DNA of 64,000 nucleotides from Squalus acanthias (lineage: Eukaryota), in NCBI GenBank assembly GCA_030390025.1, contig CM059431.1:157916001-157980000 (forward strand), in the 5' to 3' direction. Positions 50,760 to 64,000 of this stretch are shown one piece after another. Below the pieces are notes generated by a model. It ran no database searches. It worked only from the letters and a program-made list of their open reading frames with translations, and was not told where the DNA came from. Both the position numbers and the translations under genes were made by a program. Position 1 is the first letter of the stretch, and every line of letters begins with the position of its first letter.

Positions 50760-52905
50760 AAAGCAAGGTATGAGGAGCGAGTTAGCTACGGTAGATTAGG
50801 AAATTACATCAAAAGATACGACGGTAGACATACCATGGCTAGAATTTAAAGAATTATTACATAATTTACATCAAATATACATTCCTTTAATGTACAAAAA
50901 CCCCACAGAAAAAATGGTCCAACCGTGGCCAACAAGAGAAGTTAAAGATAGTATTAGATCAAAGGAAGAGGAATATAATTTTGCCAAAAAGGGTAGTAAG
51001 CCTGAGGGTTGGGACATTTTTAGAATTCATCAAAGTAGGACCAAAAAATTGATGAAGAAAGATAAAAGAGACTGCCATAAAAACAGACTGTTAAACATTC
51101 TATAGCTATGTAAAAAGGAAAAGATTAGTGAAAATAAATGTGGGTCACTTACAGGCTGAGACAGGAGTATTTATAATGGGGAATAAGGAAATCACAGATA
51201 AATTATACAAATACTTTGTGTCTGTCTTCACGGAAGAAGAAGCAAAAGCTTCCCGGAAATAGTGGAGAACCAAAGGGCAAGCGAGAATGATAAACTGAAA
51301 GAAATTAGTATTAGTAAAAAAGTAGTACTGGAGAAATTAATGGGACTGAAAGCCAATGAATCCCCTGTACATGATGGCCTACATCCTAGTGTATTGAAAA
51401 ACGTGGCTGTAGAGATAGTGGCTGAATTAGTTGTCATTTCCAGAATTCCATAGATTCTGGAAAGGTTCCTGCGGATTGGATGGCAGCAAATGTAACCATA
51501 CTATTTAAGATAGGAGGGTGAGACAAAACGGAGAACTACAGGCCAGTTAGTCTGACATCAGTAGTCGGGAAAGTTACAGTATCTATAATTAAGGACGCAG
51601 TAATAGGGCACTTAGAAAATAATAATCGGAGTGGGCCAAGTCAGCACGGATTTATAACGGGAAATCATGTTTGACAAATCTGTTAGAGATTTTTGAGGTT
51701 GTAACTAGCAGAATAGATCAGGGGGAACCAGTGGATGGGTAGTATTTGGATTTTCAGAAGGCATTCTATAAGGTGCCACACAAGAGCTTATTACACTAAA
51801 TTAGGTCTCATGGGATTCGGGGTAATATACGAGCATGGATTGTGGATTGGTTAATGGACAGAAAACAGAAAGTAAGAACAAACGGGGCTTTTTCGGGTTT
51901 GCAGCCTTTAACTATGGGGTACCGCAAGGATCAGCTCTTCACAATCTACATCAATGATTTGGATGAGGGGACCAAATTTAACATATCCAAGTTTGCTGAT
52001 GATACAAAGCTGGGTAGGAATGTAAGTTGCGAGGAGGATGCAAGGAGAATTCAAGCTAAGTGAGTTTTGCAAGAACATGGCAAATGGAATATGATGTGGA
52101 GCAATGTGAAGTTATTCACTTTGGTAGGAAAAATAGAAAAGCAGGGTATTTTTTAATTAGTGAGAGATTGGGAAATGTTGCTGTTCAGAGGCACATGGGT
52201 GTCCTTGTAAACGAATCACTGAAAGTTAACATGCAGGTAGAGAAAGCAATTAGGAAAGCAAGTCATATTTTGGCCTTTATTGCAAGCGGTTTTGAGTATA
52301 AGAGTAAAGATGTCTTACTGCAATTATATAGGGCCTGTTGTGACCACACCAGGGTTGTTGTGTACAGCTTTGGCCTCCTTCCCTAAGGAAGGATATACTT
52401 GCCATAGAGGGAGTGCAACGAAGGCTCACCAGACTGTTTCCAGGGATGGGGGGTTTGTCGTATGAGGAGAAATTTAGTATACTAGATTTATCTATATTCT
52501 CTAGAGTTTAGAAGAATGAGATGTGATCTCATTCAAACATACACAATTCTGACAGGGCTTGACAATGTACATGCAGGGAGGATGTTTTCCCTGGCTGGGG
52601 AGTCTAGAACGAGAGGTCACAGTTTCAGAATAATGGGTCGGCCATTTAGGACTGAGATGAGGAGAAATTTCTTCATTCAGAGGGTGATGAATCTTTGGAA
52701 TTCTCTACCCCAGAGGGCAGTGGAGGCTCAATGTTTGAGGATATTCAACAGATATATTTTTGAATATTAGGGGAATCAAAGGATATGGGGATAGTGCAGG
52801 AAAGTGGGGATGAGGTAGAAGATCAGCCATGATCTTATTGGATGGCGGAGTAGACTCGAAGGGCGAAATGCCCTACTCCTGCTCCAATTTCCGATGTTCT
52901 TATGT
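50760..52905 (+). mobile_element. Degenerate 5'-truncated CR1
   Basis: FTIYINDLDEG..SKFADDTK, FFIQRVMNLWNSLPQ; 3' UTR runs into the satellite. Confidence 0.9.
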
Positions 52906-54738
52906 TTTTATGCTGTTTCCTTTATTTTGTTATCCTATATTACCTGTTACATTTGATTACTTTGTTTCCTCTTTTCTTTTTTAAAGTTTCTCATGTGTCC
53001 TTTTTCCAATGTTGTTTTTTTCCTATATTTGCTGTTTCCTATTTTCCTGTTTGCTATGTTTACTCTTTCTTGTGTTTCCTTTTTCATATTTCCTGTTTCC
53101 AAATTATTGATCCTTATGTTAACTTTTTCCAATGTTTACTAATTCTTATGTTTCCCAATTCCTATGTTGCCTTTTTCTTGTTTCCTGTTTCCTATGTTTA
53201 CTCTTCCTTATGTTTTTTGTTATTTGTATTTTATATTTCCAGAATTACTGTTTCTATGTTTCTTGTTTGCTATATTTACTGTTTCTTAAATGTCCTCTTT
53301 CCTACATTTTCTGTGTCTCTTGATTCCTATTTTTCGTCTTTGCAATGTTTACTGTTCACTATGATTCCTCTTTACTTTTTTGATGTTTCTTATGCTTCCT
53401 GTTTCCTATGTTTTTTGTTTCCTGTTGTTACTATTCCCTTTGTTTTCTCTTTCCTATTTCCTACATCTTTTTTAATGTGTCCTGTGTTTACTGGTTCTCA
53501 TGATGTCCGTCTCCAATGTGAAGTGTTTCATATGTTTATTGTTTCTTAGATTAATTATTCCTAAGTTTACTGTTTCCCATATTTACCGTTTCCCATGTTT
53601 AATGTTTTGTATGTTTAGTGTTTCCTATGTTTACTGTTTATGATTACTGTTTACTTTTTTACTGTTTCTTATTTTTCATATTTTCTATGTTTCCTGTTTC
53701 CTACATTTCCAGTTTCGCATATTCCTGTGTCCTATATTTCCTATATTTGCTGTTCCTTATGTTTCCTGTTTTCTTTTTTTTTGTTGTTTCCTGTATTTAC
53801 TTTATCCTATGATTCCTATTTCTTGTGTTTCCTGTTCCCTGTGTTTTCTTTTTCCAATATTTCATGTTTCCTAAATTTGCTTTTGCTAATATTTACTGTT
53901 TAATTTGTTTCCTTTTTCTTATGTTTCCTCATTCTTATGTTTATAATTTCTTATATTTTCTGGTCTTATGTTTCCTCTTTCCTTTTTTCTTGATTCCTAT
54001 GTTTATTCTTTCCTCTCTTTACTCTTGCTTATGTTTCCTGTTTCCCCTGTGTTCTCTTTCCTATATTTCCTGTTTCATAAGATTCCTGTTTCCTTGTATC
54101 CTCAGGATTTTACTGTTTCTCTTGTATCCTGTTTGCAATGTTGACTGTTTCCTATAGTTCCTGTTTTCTATGTTTCCTCTTTTCTTTTTTTTACTGTTTC
54201 TTATGTTTCACGTTTCTTATGTGCCTGCTTCTTAAATATTCTGTTTACTGTGTTTACTGTTTATTCTGTTTATTGTTTATAATGTTTTCTCTTTCCTACG
54301 TTTCATATGATTCCTGTGTCCTATATATAATGTTTCCTGTTTCATTAGTTTAATGTTTCCTTTGTTTACCGTTTCTTATATTTCATATTTTCAACGTATC
54401 CTGTTTACTACATTTCCACTTTATCATATTTCCTGTTTCCTATATTTCCTGTCGCGTATGTTTCCTGTGCATACATTTTCATTGACTTAATTATCCTGTT
54501 TCACATGCTTCATGTGTCGTATTTTTATTGTTTCTTATTTTAACTGCTCTTTATACTCCCTCTTCTTTTGCTATTTCCTGTATTTACTCTTTCTTATTTA
54601 TGCAGTTCCTTATGTTTCCTTTTTTTTGCAATTTCCTGTATTTTTGGTTTCCTATGTTTACTATTTCTTATGTTCCCGTTTCCTATGTTTCCTATTTACT
54701 ACATTGCCTGCTTCCCATATTTCATATTGCATAAATGT
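52906..54738 (+). repeat. Same T-rich satellite array
   Basis: tgtttcct/atgtttact units. Confidence 0.95.
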
Positions 54739-54739
54739 A

Positions 54740-57700
54740 TTCATAGAAACATAGAAGATAGGAGCAGGAGTAGGCCATTCGGACCCTCGAGCCTGCTACG
54801 CCATTCAATGAGATCATGGCTGTCATCCAAATTCAGCACCCTGTCCCTGCTTTCTCCCCATATCCGTTGAGCCCTTTAGCATTAAGAAATATATCTAGCT
54901 CCTTCTTGAATATATTTAATGAATTGGCATCAACTGCCTTCTGTGGTAAAGAATTCCACAGGTTCACCACTCTCTGGGTGAAGAAATTCCTCCTCCTCTC
55001 AGTCCTAAATGGCTTACCCCTTATCCTTAGACTGTAACGTCTGGTTCTGGACTCACCCGCCATCGGGAACATCCTTCCTGCATCTAGACTGTCCAGTCCT
55101 GTTAGAATTGCATAAGTTTCAATGAGATCCCCTCTCATTGTTCTAAACTTTAGCGAATATAAGCCTAATCGACCCAATCTCTCTCATACGTCATTGCAGC
55201 AATCCCAGGTATCCATCTGGTAAATCTTCGCTACACACCCACCATGGGAAGAACATCCTTCCTCAGATAACGCGACAAAAACTGCACACAATACTCAAGG
55301 TGTGGTCTCACCAAGGCCTTGTACAACTGCAGCAAGGCATCCTTGCTCCTGTACTCGAATCCTCTCGCTATGAAGGCCAACATACCATTTGCCTTCTTAA
55401 CCGCCTGCTGCACCTGCATGCATACCTTCAGCGACCGGTGCACAAGGACTCCCAGATCTCGTTACACTTCCCCATTTCCCAATCTATTGCCATTCCGATA
55501 ATGATCTGTCTTCCTGTTTTTGCCACCAAAGTGGATAACCTCGCATTTATCCACATTATACTGCATCTGCCATGCATCTGCCCAATCACACAACCTGTTC
55601 AAATCATACGGGAGTTTCTCTGCATCCTCCTCACAGCACACACGCTCACCCAGCTTTGCTTCGTCTGCAAACTTAGAGATATTACATCTAGTTACCTCGT
55701 CTAGATCATTAATATATATTTTGGATAGCTGGGGTCCTAGCACCGATCCCTGCGGTACCCCACTAGTCACTGCCTGCCACTCAGAAAAAGACCCGTTTAT
55801 TCCAACTCTTTGCTTCCTGTCTGCCAACCAGTTCTCTATCCAAATCAATACCTTTCCCCCAATTCCATGTGCTTTAACTTTGCAAGCAAATCACTTATGC
55901 GGGACCTGATCGATAGGCTTCTGAAATTCCAAATACACCACATCCACTGTTTCTCCCTTATCTATTCTACCAGTTACATGCTCATAAAATTCCAGTAGAT
56001 TCGTCAGGCATGATTTACCTTTTGTAAATCCATGTTGACTTTGTCCGGTCCTGACACTGTTTTCCAAGCGCTCTGCTATTACATCTTTTCTAATGGACTC
56101 TAGCATTTTGCCCCCTACCGATGTCAGGCTTACCGGTCTATAATTCCCCATTTTTGCTCTACCACCTTTTTTAAATAGTGCTGTTACATTAGCTACCCTC
56201 CAATCCATGGGAACTGTTCCACACTCTATAGAATTTTGAAAGATGACCAGCAATGCATCTACTATTTCTAGGGCCACTTCCTTAAATACCCTAGGATAGA
56301 GATTATCTGGCCCTGGGGATTTATCGGCCTTCAACCCGTCAATTTCACTAACACCATTTCCCTACAAATACTGATTTCATTCATTTCCTCCCTCTCATTA
56401 GACCGTATGTTTCCCGACATATCTGGGAGTTTATTTGTGTCCTCCTTTGTGAAGACAGAAGCAAAGTATGTATTTAATTGGTCTGCCATTTATTTGTTCC
56501 CCATTATAAATTCCCCTGAATCTGACTGCAAGGGACCTATGCTTGACTAAACCAATCTTTTTCTCTTCACATATCTATAGGAGCTTTTACAGTCAGTTTT
56601 TATGTTCCCTGCAAGGTAACTCTCATATTCTATTTTCCCCTTCTTAATTAATCCCTTTGTCCTCCTTTGCTGAATCCTAAATTGCTCTCAATCCTCAGGT
56701 TTGCTGCTTTTTCTGCCCAATTTATATGTCCTCTCCTTGCACCCTAATTTCCCTTGTTAGCCACGGTTGAGTCACCTTTTTTGTTTTATTTTTATGCCAA
56801 ACAGGGATGAACAAATTCTGCAGTTCATCCATGCGATCTTTAAATGTTTGCCATTGCCTATCCTTAGTCAACCCTTAAGTAACATTCCCCAATCCATCCT
56901 AGCCAACTCGCGCCTCATACCATCGTAGTTTCTTTTATTTAAATTCAGGACCCTAGTCTCGAAGTCAACCACTTCACTCCCCATCTTAATGACGAATTCT
57001 ATCAAATTATGATCGCTCCTCCCCAAGGGGCCTAGCGCAACAAGATTGCTAATTAATCCTTTCTCATTACATAATACCCAGTCTAAGATGGCCTGATCTC
57101 TAGTTGGTTCCTCGACAAATTGGTCCAGGTAACCATCCCATATACACTCTAGGAATTCCTCTTCCACAGTATTGTTACTAATTGGGTTAGCCCAATCTAT
57201 ATGTAGTTTAAAGTCAACCATGATAACTGCTGTGCCCTTATTGCACGCGTCTCTAATGTTCCATTTAAAGCCATCCCCAATCTGAGCATTACTGTTGGGG
57301 GCTCTGTATACAACTCCCGCTAACGTTTTCTGCCCCTTGGTATTCCTCAGCTTTACCCATACAGATTCCACATCATCAGAGCTAATATCCTTCCTTACTA
57401 TTGTGTTAATCTCCTCTTTAACCAGCAATGCTATCCCACCTCATTTCCTTTTTGTCTGTCCTTCCTGAATATTGAATACCCCTGGATGTTGAATTCCCAG
57501 CCTTGGTCACCCTGGAGCCATGTCTCCATAATCCCATTAATATAATATCCGTTTACATCAATTTGCGCAGCTAATTCATCCACCTTATTACGAATTATTC
57601 TCGCATTAAGACACTCTTAGTCCTTTTAGAAATATTATTTACTGTAGCCCTGTTTGATTTACACCCTTGATTTATCTGCATTCCACTTTTCGTTTCTCCT

Positions 57701-58690
57701 TCCTGTCGTTTGCTTCTATCCTTGCTGCCCTTTCCTCTGTTTCCCTGCACAGGATCCCAACCCCCTGCCATTTTAGTTTAAACCCTCCCCAACAGCACTA
57801 GCAAACACTCCCCCTAGGACATCGTCCCGGTCCTGCCCAGGTGCAGACCGTCCAGTTTGTACTGGTCCCACCTCCCCCAGAACCGGTTCCAATGTCCCAG
57901 AAATTTGAATCCCTCCACCTTGCAGTATTCCTCTAGCCACGTATTCATCTGAAATATCCTTCTATTTCTACTCTGACTAGTACGTGGTACAATTAGCAAT
58001 CCTGAGATTAGTTCCTTTGAGGTCCTATTTTTAAATTTACCTCCTAACTCCATATTCAGCTTTTAGGAGCTCATCACGTTCTTTACCGATATCGTTGGTG
58101 CCTATATGCACCACGACAACTGGCTGTTCACCCTCCCCCTCCAGAATGCCCTGCAGCCGCTCCGAGACATCCTTGACCCTTGCACCAGGGAGGCAACATA
58201 CCATCCTGAAGTCTCGTTTGCGACCGCAGAAACGCCTATCTATTCCCCTTACAATAGAATCCCCTATCACTATGGCTCTCCCGCTCTTTTTCCTCCCGTC
58301 CTGTGCAGCAGAAGCACGCATGGTGACAGGAAGTTGGCTGCTGCTGCCTTCCCCCGATAAGCCATCTCCCTCAACAATATCTAAAGTGGTATATCTGTTT
58401 GAGAGGGGGAATTCCACAGGGTACCCCTGCACTATCTGCCTGCGCCTACTACTCTGCCTGGCGGTCACCCATTCCCTTCCTGCCTGCGCAGCCTTTACCT
58501 GCGGTGTGACCAACTGCCTAAACGTGGTAACCACGATGTCATCAGCATCGCGAACGCTCCAGTATGCACCCATTCGCAGCTCTAGCGCCGCAATGCAGTC
58601 TGCCAGTAGCTGCAGCTGGATACACTTCCCGCACACATGGTCAGCAGGGTCACAGGAAGTTTACCTGATTTCCCACATAGCCAGTGATAT
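54740..58690 (-). mobile_element. Near full-length degenerate CR1 (ORF1 esterase + ORF2), related to 19079-23419
   Basis: ORF 58037-58636 with GDSIVRGIDRRFCG and HIGTND; EN 56868-57428; RT 55231-56334. Confidence 0.95.
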
Positions 58691-58691
58691 G

Positions 58692-58822
58692 CAGTGTCCC
58701 AGAGATACAAAGTCCCAGAGATAGTCAGCGTCCCAGAGAGTCAGAATCCTAGAGACTCTCTGGGACTCTGCCTCTCTCTAGGACTCTGTCTCTCTGGGAC
58801 TCTGTCTCTCTGGGACTCTGAC
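58692..58822. repeat. Palindromic array of ~16-bp units (cagagtcccagagaga x4 / tctctctgggactctg x4)
   Basis: Units switch strand at ~58753. Confidence 0.85.
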
Positions 58823-59280
58823 ATATTTGATAATTTATGACACGTTTGCATGCAAAGAGTTAGAGGTCTAGAATTTTCAAAATAGCACGCAGTCCCAAAT
58901 TGTCACCGAAATTCATTTTTTCCAGCCACAGGAGCCTAATACTTTGACGCTCATTGACCTCAGGATGCTCGGGCTTCTAGTTCTAAACCGATTTAAATGC
59001 CGCGTTGCTTGCGAGGAAGATGCTGTCACCTTTTTCTCTTGCATTTAACTCTTGTATCTGTGAACAATTCTCAATCCGAGGATTTCAGGCACGACACGAA
59101 CTGAGCGTCGGTGAGCAGATTATTGATGATTGAATGTGGCTTCATGTCGCTACTGTTGACTCCATCCAGCATTTCCTGATCATTGTGTGGTGGCTGGAAT
59201 CAGTCTATCCTTAATTTTGTGAATAGGCCATAGCTGGTCATCCAAATCGTATCCCTATAGAGCAGAACATGAAAAAGATA

Positions 59281-60402
59281 TAATAAGAACATAAGAAATA
59301 GGAGCAGGAGTAGGCCAATCGGCCCCTCGAGCCTGCTCCGCCATTCAATAAGATCATGGCTGATCTGATCCTAACCGCCAATCTACTATCTACTATCACA
59401 GAACCATCTCCTGCATCTAACAGAATTGCACACACGAAATAGGAGCAGAATCAGGCTACACGGTCCCTGGGCCCGCTCCACTACCCACAGGGCCATGACC
59501 GATCCGAACCTAGACTCATGTCCAAATTCCTGCCCGCTCCCCGTAACCCTTAATGCCCTTTACTTCTAGGAAACTGTCTATTTCTGTTTTAAATTTATTT
59601 AATGATGTAGCTTCTACAGCTTTTTGTGGCAGCATATTCCATGGACCTACCACCCTCTGAGTGAAGTAGTTCCTCCTCATCTCAGTTTTGAAAGAGCAGC
59701 CCCTTATTCTAAGACTATGTCCCCTAGTTCTAGTCTCACCCGTCATCGGGAACATCCTCCCCGCATCCACCCGATCCAACCCCTTCACAATCTTATATGT
59801 TTCAATAAGATCGCCTCTCATTCTTCTGAACTCCAATGAGTAGAGTCCCAATCTACACAACCTCTCCTCATATGACCACCCCCTCATCCCCGGGATTAAC
59901 CGAGTGAACCTTTTTTGCACTGCCTCGAGAGCAAGGATGTCTTTCCTTAAGTAAGGACACCAAAACTGTATGCAGTATTCCAGGTGCGGTCTCACCAATA
60001 CCTTGTACAACTGAAGCAATACCTCCCTATTTTTATATTCTATCCCCCTAGCAATGAAAGCCAACATTCCATTTGCCTTCTTAATCACTTGCTGCACCTG
60101 CATACTAACCTTTTGAGTTTCGTGCACCAAAACCCCCAGATCCCTTTGCACTTCAGTACTCTCCAGTTTCTTGCCATTAAGATAATAAATTGCTCTAGGA
60201 TTTTTCCTGCCAAAGTGCATCACCTCACACTTTCCAGTGTTGTATTCCATCTGCCAAATCTCTGCCCACTTACTTAGCCTGTCTATGTCCCCTTGCAGGT
60301 TTTTTATGTCCTCCTCACTCACTACTTTCCCTCCCATCTTAGTATCATCTGCAAATTTTGATATGTTACACTTGGTCCCTTCCTCCAAATCGTTAATATA
60401 GA
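59281..60402 (-). mobile_element. 5'-truncated CR1 (same subfamily as CR1-B/C), RT C-terminus open
   Basis: ORF 59516-60415 with FADD and RPHLEYCIQFWCP; duplicated 3' UTR. Confidence 0.95.
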
Positions 60403-61550
60403 TATGGTCAAGCAAGTTGAGATAAGTCGCAGTATAAGCCTAAAGGAAGTGTCTTACACAAATGCCAAGAAAAGCGGTAATCCAGAGAACTGGGAGAAAT
60501 ATAGAAAACAACAACGGGACACAAACAAAATAAAAAGATCTGTAAATAGGAAATAGGAAAAAAACTGGAAAGTAACGTAAAGGCTAAAAGTAAAAAAATA
60601 TATAAATATATAAAGATTAAGAGAGTGGATGAAGGAGATGTGATAGCATTAAATAAGGCATTAGTATAAAGGTAATAGCTAACAAGGTAATTGTAGATTT
60701 TTTCAACAAATACTATATGTCTGTTATCACAGAAGAGGAAACGAACAAAATACCAGTGATCGAAGGGAAACTGAAAACAATTCAAGTGGAGGAACTTACT
60801 CTATTTAAAATGTTAAAAATGTTGATGAAATAAATACTGGTACTTAGAATCGAAACATTTCAAGGCAGTGACGGATTCCACCCAAGATTATCTACGTCGT
60901 GTTGGTAATTCCAGAAGCGCTATTAATAATCATTCAAAACTCCCTTGATTCTGGAATTGTGATACTAGACTGGAAATTCCTATCTGAACTCCATTATTTA
61001 AGGTGTGTGACACAGAGAAAGTAGCTAACTACAGACATGTCACTTGAAAGTTGATTGAGGGGAAGATGTTCGACTCGGTCATTAGGGATAAAGTGACTGA
61101 GCACTTGAGCAAATATGAGCTGATATGAGCTGATCATGGCTTTTTTAAAGGTAATCGTGTCTGACTAATCTAGTTGATTAATTTAAGAAGATCACTTATA
61201 ACGTAGACAAAGGAATGTCTATGGATGTTATCTACGTGGACTGATAGAAGCCATTTGATAAGGTTACACACAAAAGATAATTTGCAAAAATGAGAGTGCA
61301 TGAAATTGAAGGTAGCCTTTTGACCTGGTTTGGAAGTTATTGGTGAGTTAGGAGAAAGAGTGGGGATCAATGCTATGTACTCAGATTGGCAGGATGCATA
61401 AACTTGGCTTGTATTCTCTTGAGTATAGAGTACTGAGAGGTGATCTGATCGAGGTGCTTAAAATGTTAAAAGGTTTCTATAAACTAGTTAGAGTGAAAAT
61501 ATTTCATCTGATGGGAGTATCAAAATCAGGGGATAAAATTAGAGCTTAGA
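60403..61550 (+). mobile_element. Very old CR1 remnants
   Basis: Traces of the linker, ctaactacagac, catggcttt..aaaggtaatcgtgtctgactaat and tttgataagg. Confidence 0.7.
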
Positions 61551-63327
61551 ATGAGTCCCTAACCTAGTGAAACTACAAAATAGGCAAATACAACAAGTCG
61601 AACTGTTAACATGGTGAGGTGAGACTAAACCGTAAATAATATTGAGCAGAAACATTAGCCATCTGCTGGTCTCTTATTGTAGGTAGCATTTCCCGAGTCT
61701 GTAACCACATTCGGTGAAGATAACGTGGGTTAGCTGATGTTAGATTGACGCTGGAGCTTTGATTTATCCTTTATGGTGAATAGGGAATCCGACATGCAGT
61801 AGGATGTGGACGGAAGCAGCTAAGAAAATCAAACAAGGAGCAGGTGGAAAGGAAAGGACTTGTGACCACAATTTTACATACTAAGGCAATAAGGAATATC
61901 TTAACATTTTTGAGGGCCTCACACTGAGATTAATAGAGTTGCGATCCGAATGCAGTTCATTTACTCAGAGTTTGAATCGTGACAAAGAAACATTTAATGA
62001 TCGAAGGGGAAGATAATTCCAAACACAGCGTTTCAACTCAGAGAGTTCACTGTGTCCTTCGAACTGGTGTTTGATGAAAGGAAAATAACAGCGATCTTTG
62101 TCCCTTGCTATCTGTGCCCTTTTATAGTCCGATAATAAACAGTTTTATTGGTGAGCAATAAAATTGAGTTGAGGACACAAAACTGATTCCCGCTGCAGAA
62201 ACCGGTTTCTTTGCGGCGTTTTCTGAACTGCAGAGGGAAGAGCTGTGGGAAATATCATCCTTGTTATCACACACAGAATTAATGACTTTGCTAAAACTAT
62301 CAGTAATTCATCAGAACATTTCAATGCGAAGGACACCGTGTTTGATTCAGTTCGAACCCTGCACCAGAGAACAGGGCGGGGAGGGACTCTGCTGATCAGA
62401 CTGAAGGTCGTGTTTATGACTGTGATGTGTAACTGATCCTTACCCAGGGTGTGTGCATTAACCTGCAGAACACACAACGCTAACTTACCCAGAATCTCTG
62501 GAACCAGAATCAGGAGCCGCAGCCCAAAATGTACAGAGCACCATTATTGTGTCTTACTGTACAGGCATGGACCCATTGCCGTTGATTTGTGTAGTTTTTC
62601 AATGATTTTAAAAAGTTGTAGGAACCATATTGGATCAGGTAAGGACGGATTGCTTTTATTCAGAAATTAGCTTCCTGCAGGCAGCACAATACAGCAGAGT
62701 AAAACTTCCAAATATAAACTACAACGCTAAAGTTCCACTGTTTCAAATAATATTTAAATGTATTACTCGTTTATGACACTGTTACGAATATAAAGTTGGA
62801 GGTCGAAACTTTTCAACATAAAACACCGCGACTAAACGTCACCGAAATCCGAAATCTCCAATCAAGGAAACTTCAGTAAGATCCTTTGACTCGCATTGAC
62901 CTCATTAAGCTATGATTCCATGGTGCCAAACCGAGTAAAACACTGCCTTGTTGCCGAGCTGAGTGCCGGTTACCTCTTCTGTGGCACTAAACTCGTGCAT
63001 CTGTAAACAAGTCTTTATCCGAGGATTTCAGGCACCACCGAAAACAGCGTCTGTGAGCAGGTTATTGATGACTGAATGTTGTTTGATTAGTCCATCCATT
63101 ACTTTGCTGATCATTGTGAGGTGACTGATAGGGCGGGGATTGGCTGGAATCAGTTTGATGTTGACTTTGTGGTTAGGACACAGCTCTATGGTCTTTATAT
63201 ATTGTCTATCCGATGTCAAATTCAGATGCACTGGAACAGTTTGCCTACGGGAATGGGACAACTAGATCTGGAGTTCAGCTTTTCTGCAGCTAATAGTGGG
63301 ATGTAGTGAAGACCAAAGTCATTCAAT

Positions 63328-64000
63328 AGCAAAATACTGCGGATGCTGTAAAACTGAAATAACAACAGAAAGCGCCGGAAAAACTCAGCAGGCCAGGCAA
63401 CATCCGTGGAGAGAGAAACAGAGTTAAAGTTGCAGGTCGAAGACCCTTCGTCAGAACTGAGAAAAAAGCAGGAAATGAAACAGATGAAAAAGGAAGTTTG
63501 AAGTCTGGGGGAGGGAATAAAAGAACAAAAGAACAACAGCTGACCCTTTCTCCCGCTTCCAGAATTCTTGTTCAACCTGGACCCCTCCATCTGGACTCTT
63601 ACCCTCTCTAGATCTTTTCATTGCTAACTGCCGCCGCGACATCGGCCGTCTCCATGTCTCTGCTCCCCTCACTCACCCCAACCTACCTCCCCCTGAACAT
63701 GCAGCACTCCATTCCCTCAGATCCAACCCCGACATTGTCATTAAACCTGCCGACAAGGGTGGTGCTGTTGTTGTTTGGCGTACCGACCTCTACCTAGCGG
63801 AAGTTGAACGCTAACTCTCCGACACCTCCTCCTACCTCCACCTGGACCATGACCCCACTACCGAACATCAAGCCACCGTTTGCAAGACTGTCACTGATCT
63901 TATCTCCTCTGGAGATCTGCCCCCCACGGCCGCCAACCTCATAGTTCCCCAACCCCGCACAGCCCGCTTCTACCTCCTTCTCAAGATCCACAAACCGGAC
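63328..64000 (+). mobile_element. Penelope-like element: inverted terminal repeat (63328-~63555, minus strand) followed by 5'-truncated RT ORF
   Basis: SNPDIVIKPADKGGAVVVW..YLAEVER*LSD..PRTARFYLLLKIHKPD on the plus strand; upstream reverse copy of the 5460-type end with a mutated hammerhead (GCAA). Confidence 0.9.

Noticed and set aside
48401..52905. Divergent CR1 pair as a single twin-primed inversion
   Set aside because: Both halves have their own 3' tails and overlapping ORF2 regions, so they are two independent copies
1009..54870. Many long F/C/L/Y/S-rich ORFs that look like membrane proteins
   Set aside because: They are translations of the T-rich satellite, open in several overlapping frames because the repeat rarely forms stop codons
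62020..62056. cacagcg / cactgtg resembling V(D)J recombination signal heptamers
   Set aside because: No nonamer at 12/23 spacing and no V/J coding segment nearby
62145..62477. 110-aa minus-strand ORF in unique sequence
   Set aside because: No recognisable domain and a non-ATG start

Overview
Eukaryotic, vertebrate, repeat-dense DNA, most likely a cartilaginous fish (inferred from the CR1/L2/Penelope/Tx1 repertoire and a two-exon GPR139-like GPCR). There are no bacterial-style genes. Most of the window is nested non-LTR retrotransposons: many CR1 copies (one young and nearly intact at 19079-23419), a full-length Tx1-clade element, L2 and Vingi-like fragments, and Penelope-like elements with minimal hammerhead ribozymes. 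These sit in a fragmented, single-orientation (TTTCCTATGTTTACTG)-like satellite. There are also two Harbinger-like MITEs, several minisatellites and one disabled GPCR gene. The most interesting observations are: (1) a Tx1 element inserted in the tandem promoter-like 5' repeat of a CR1, with a 69-bp target duplication and a 5' end resembling that repeat's leader; (2) CR1 families with tandem 5' monomers sharing a GCTGTGAGT motif; (3) fold-back, hammerhead-containing non-autonomous Penelope elements; (4) a CR1 subfamily with a duplicated, A>G/T>C-shifted 3' end. Family assignments come from motif recognition only, no searches were run, and the boundaries of degenerate copies are approximate.
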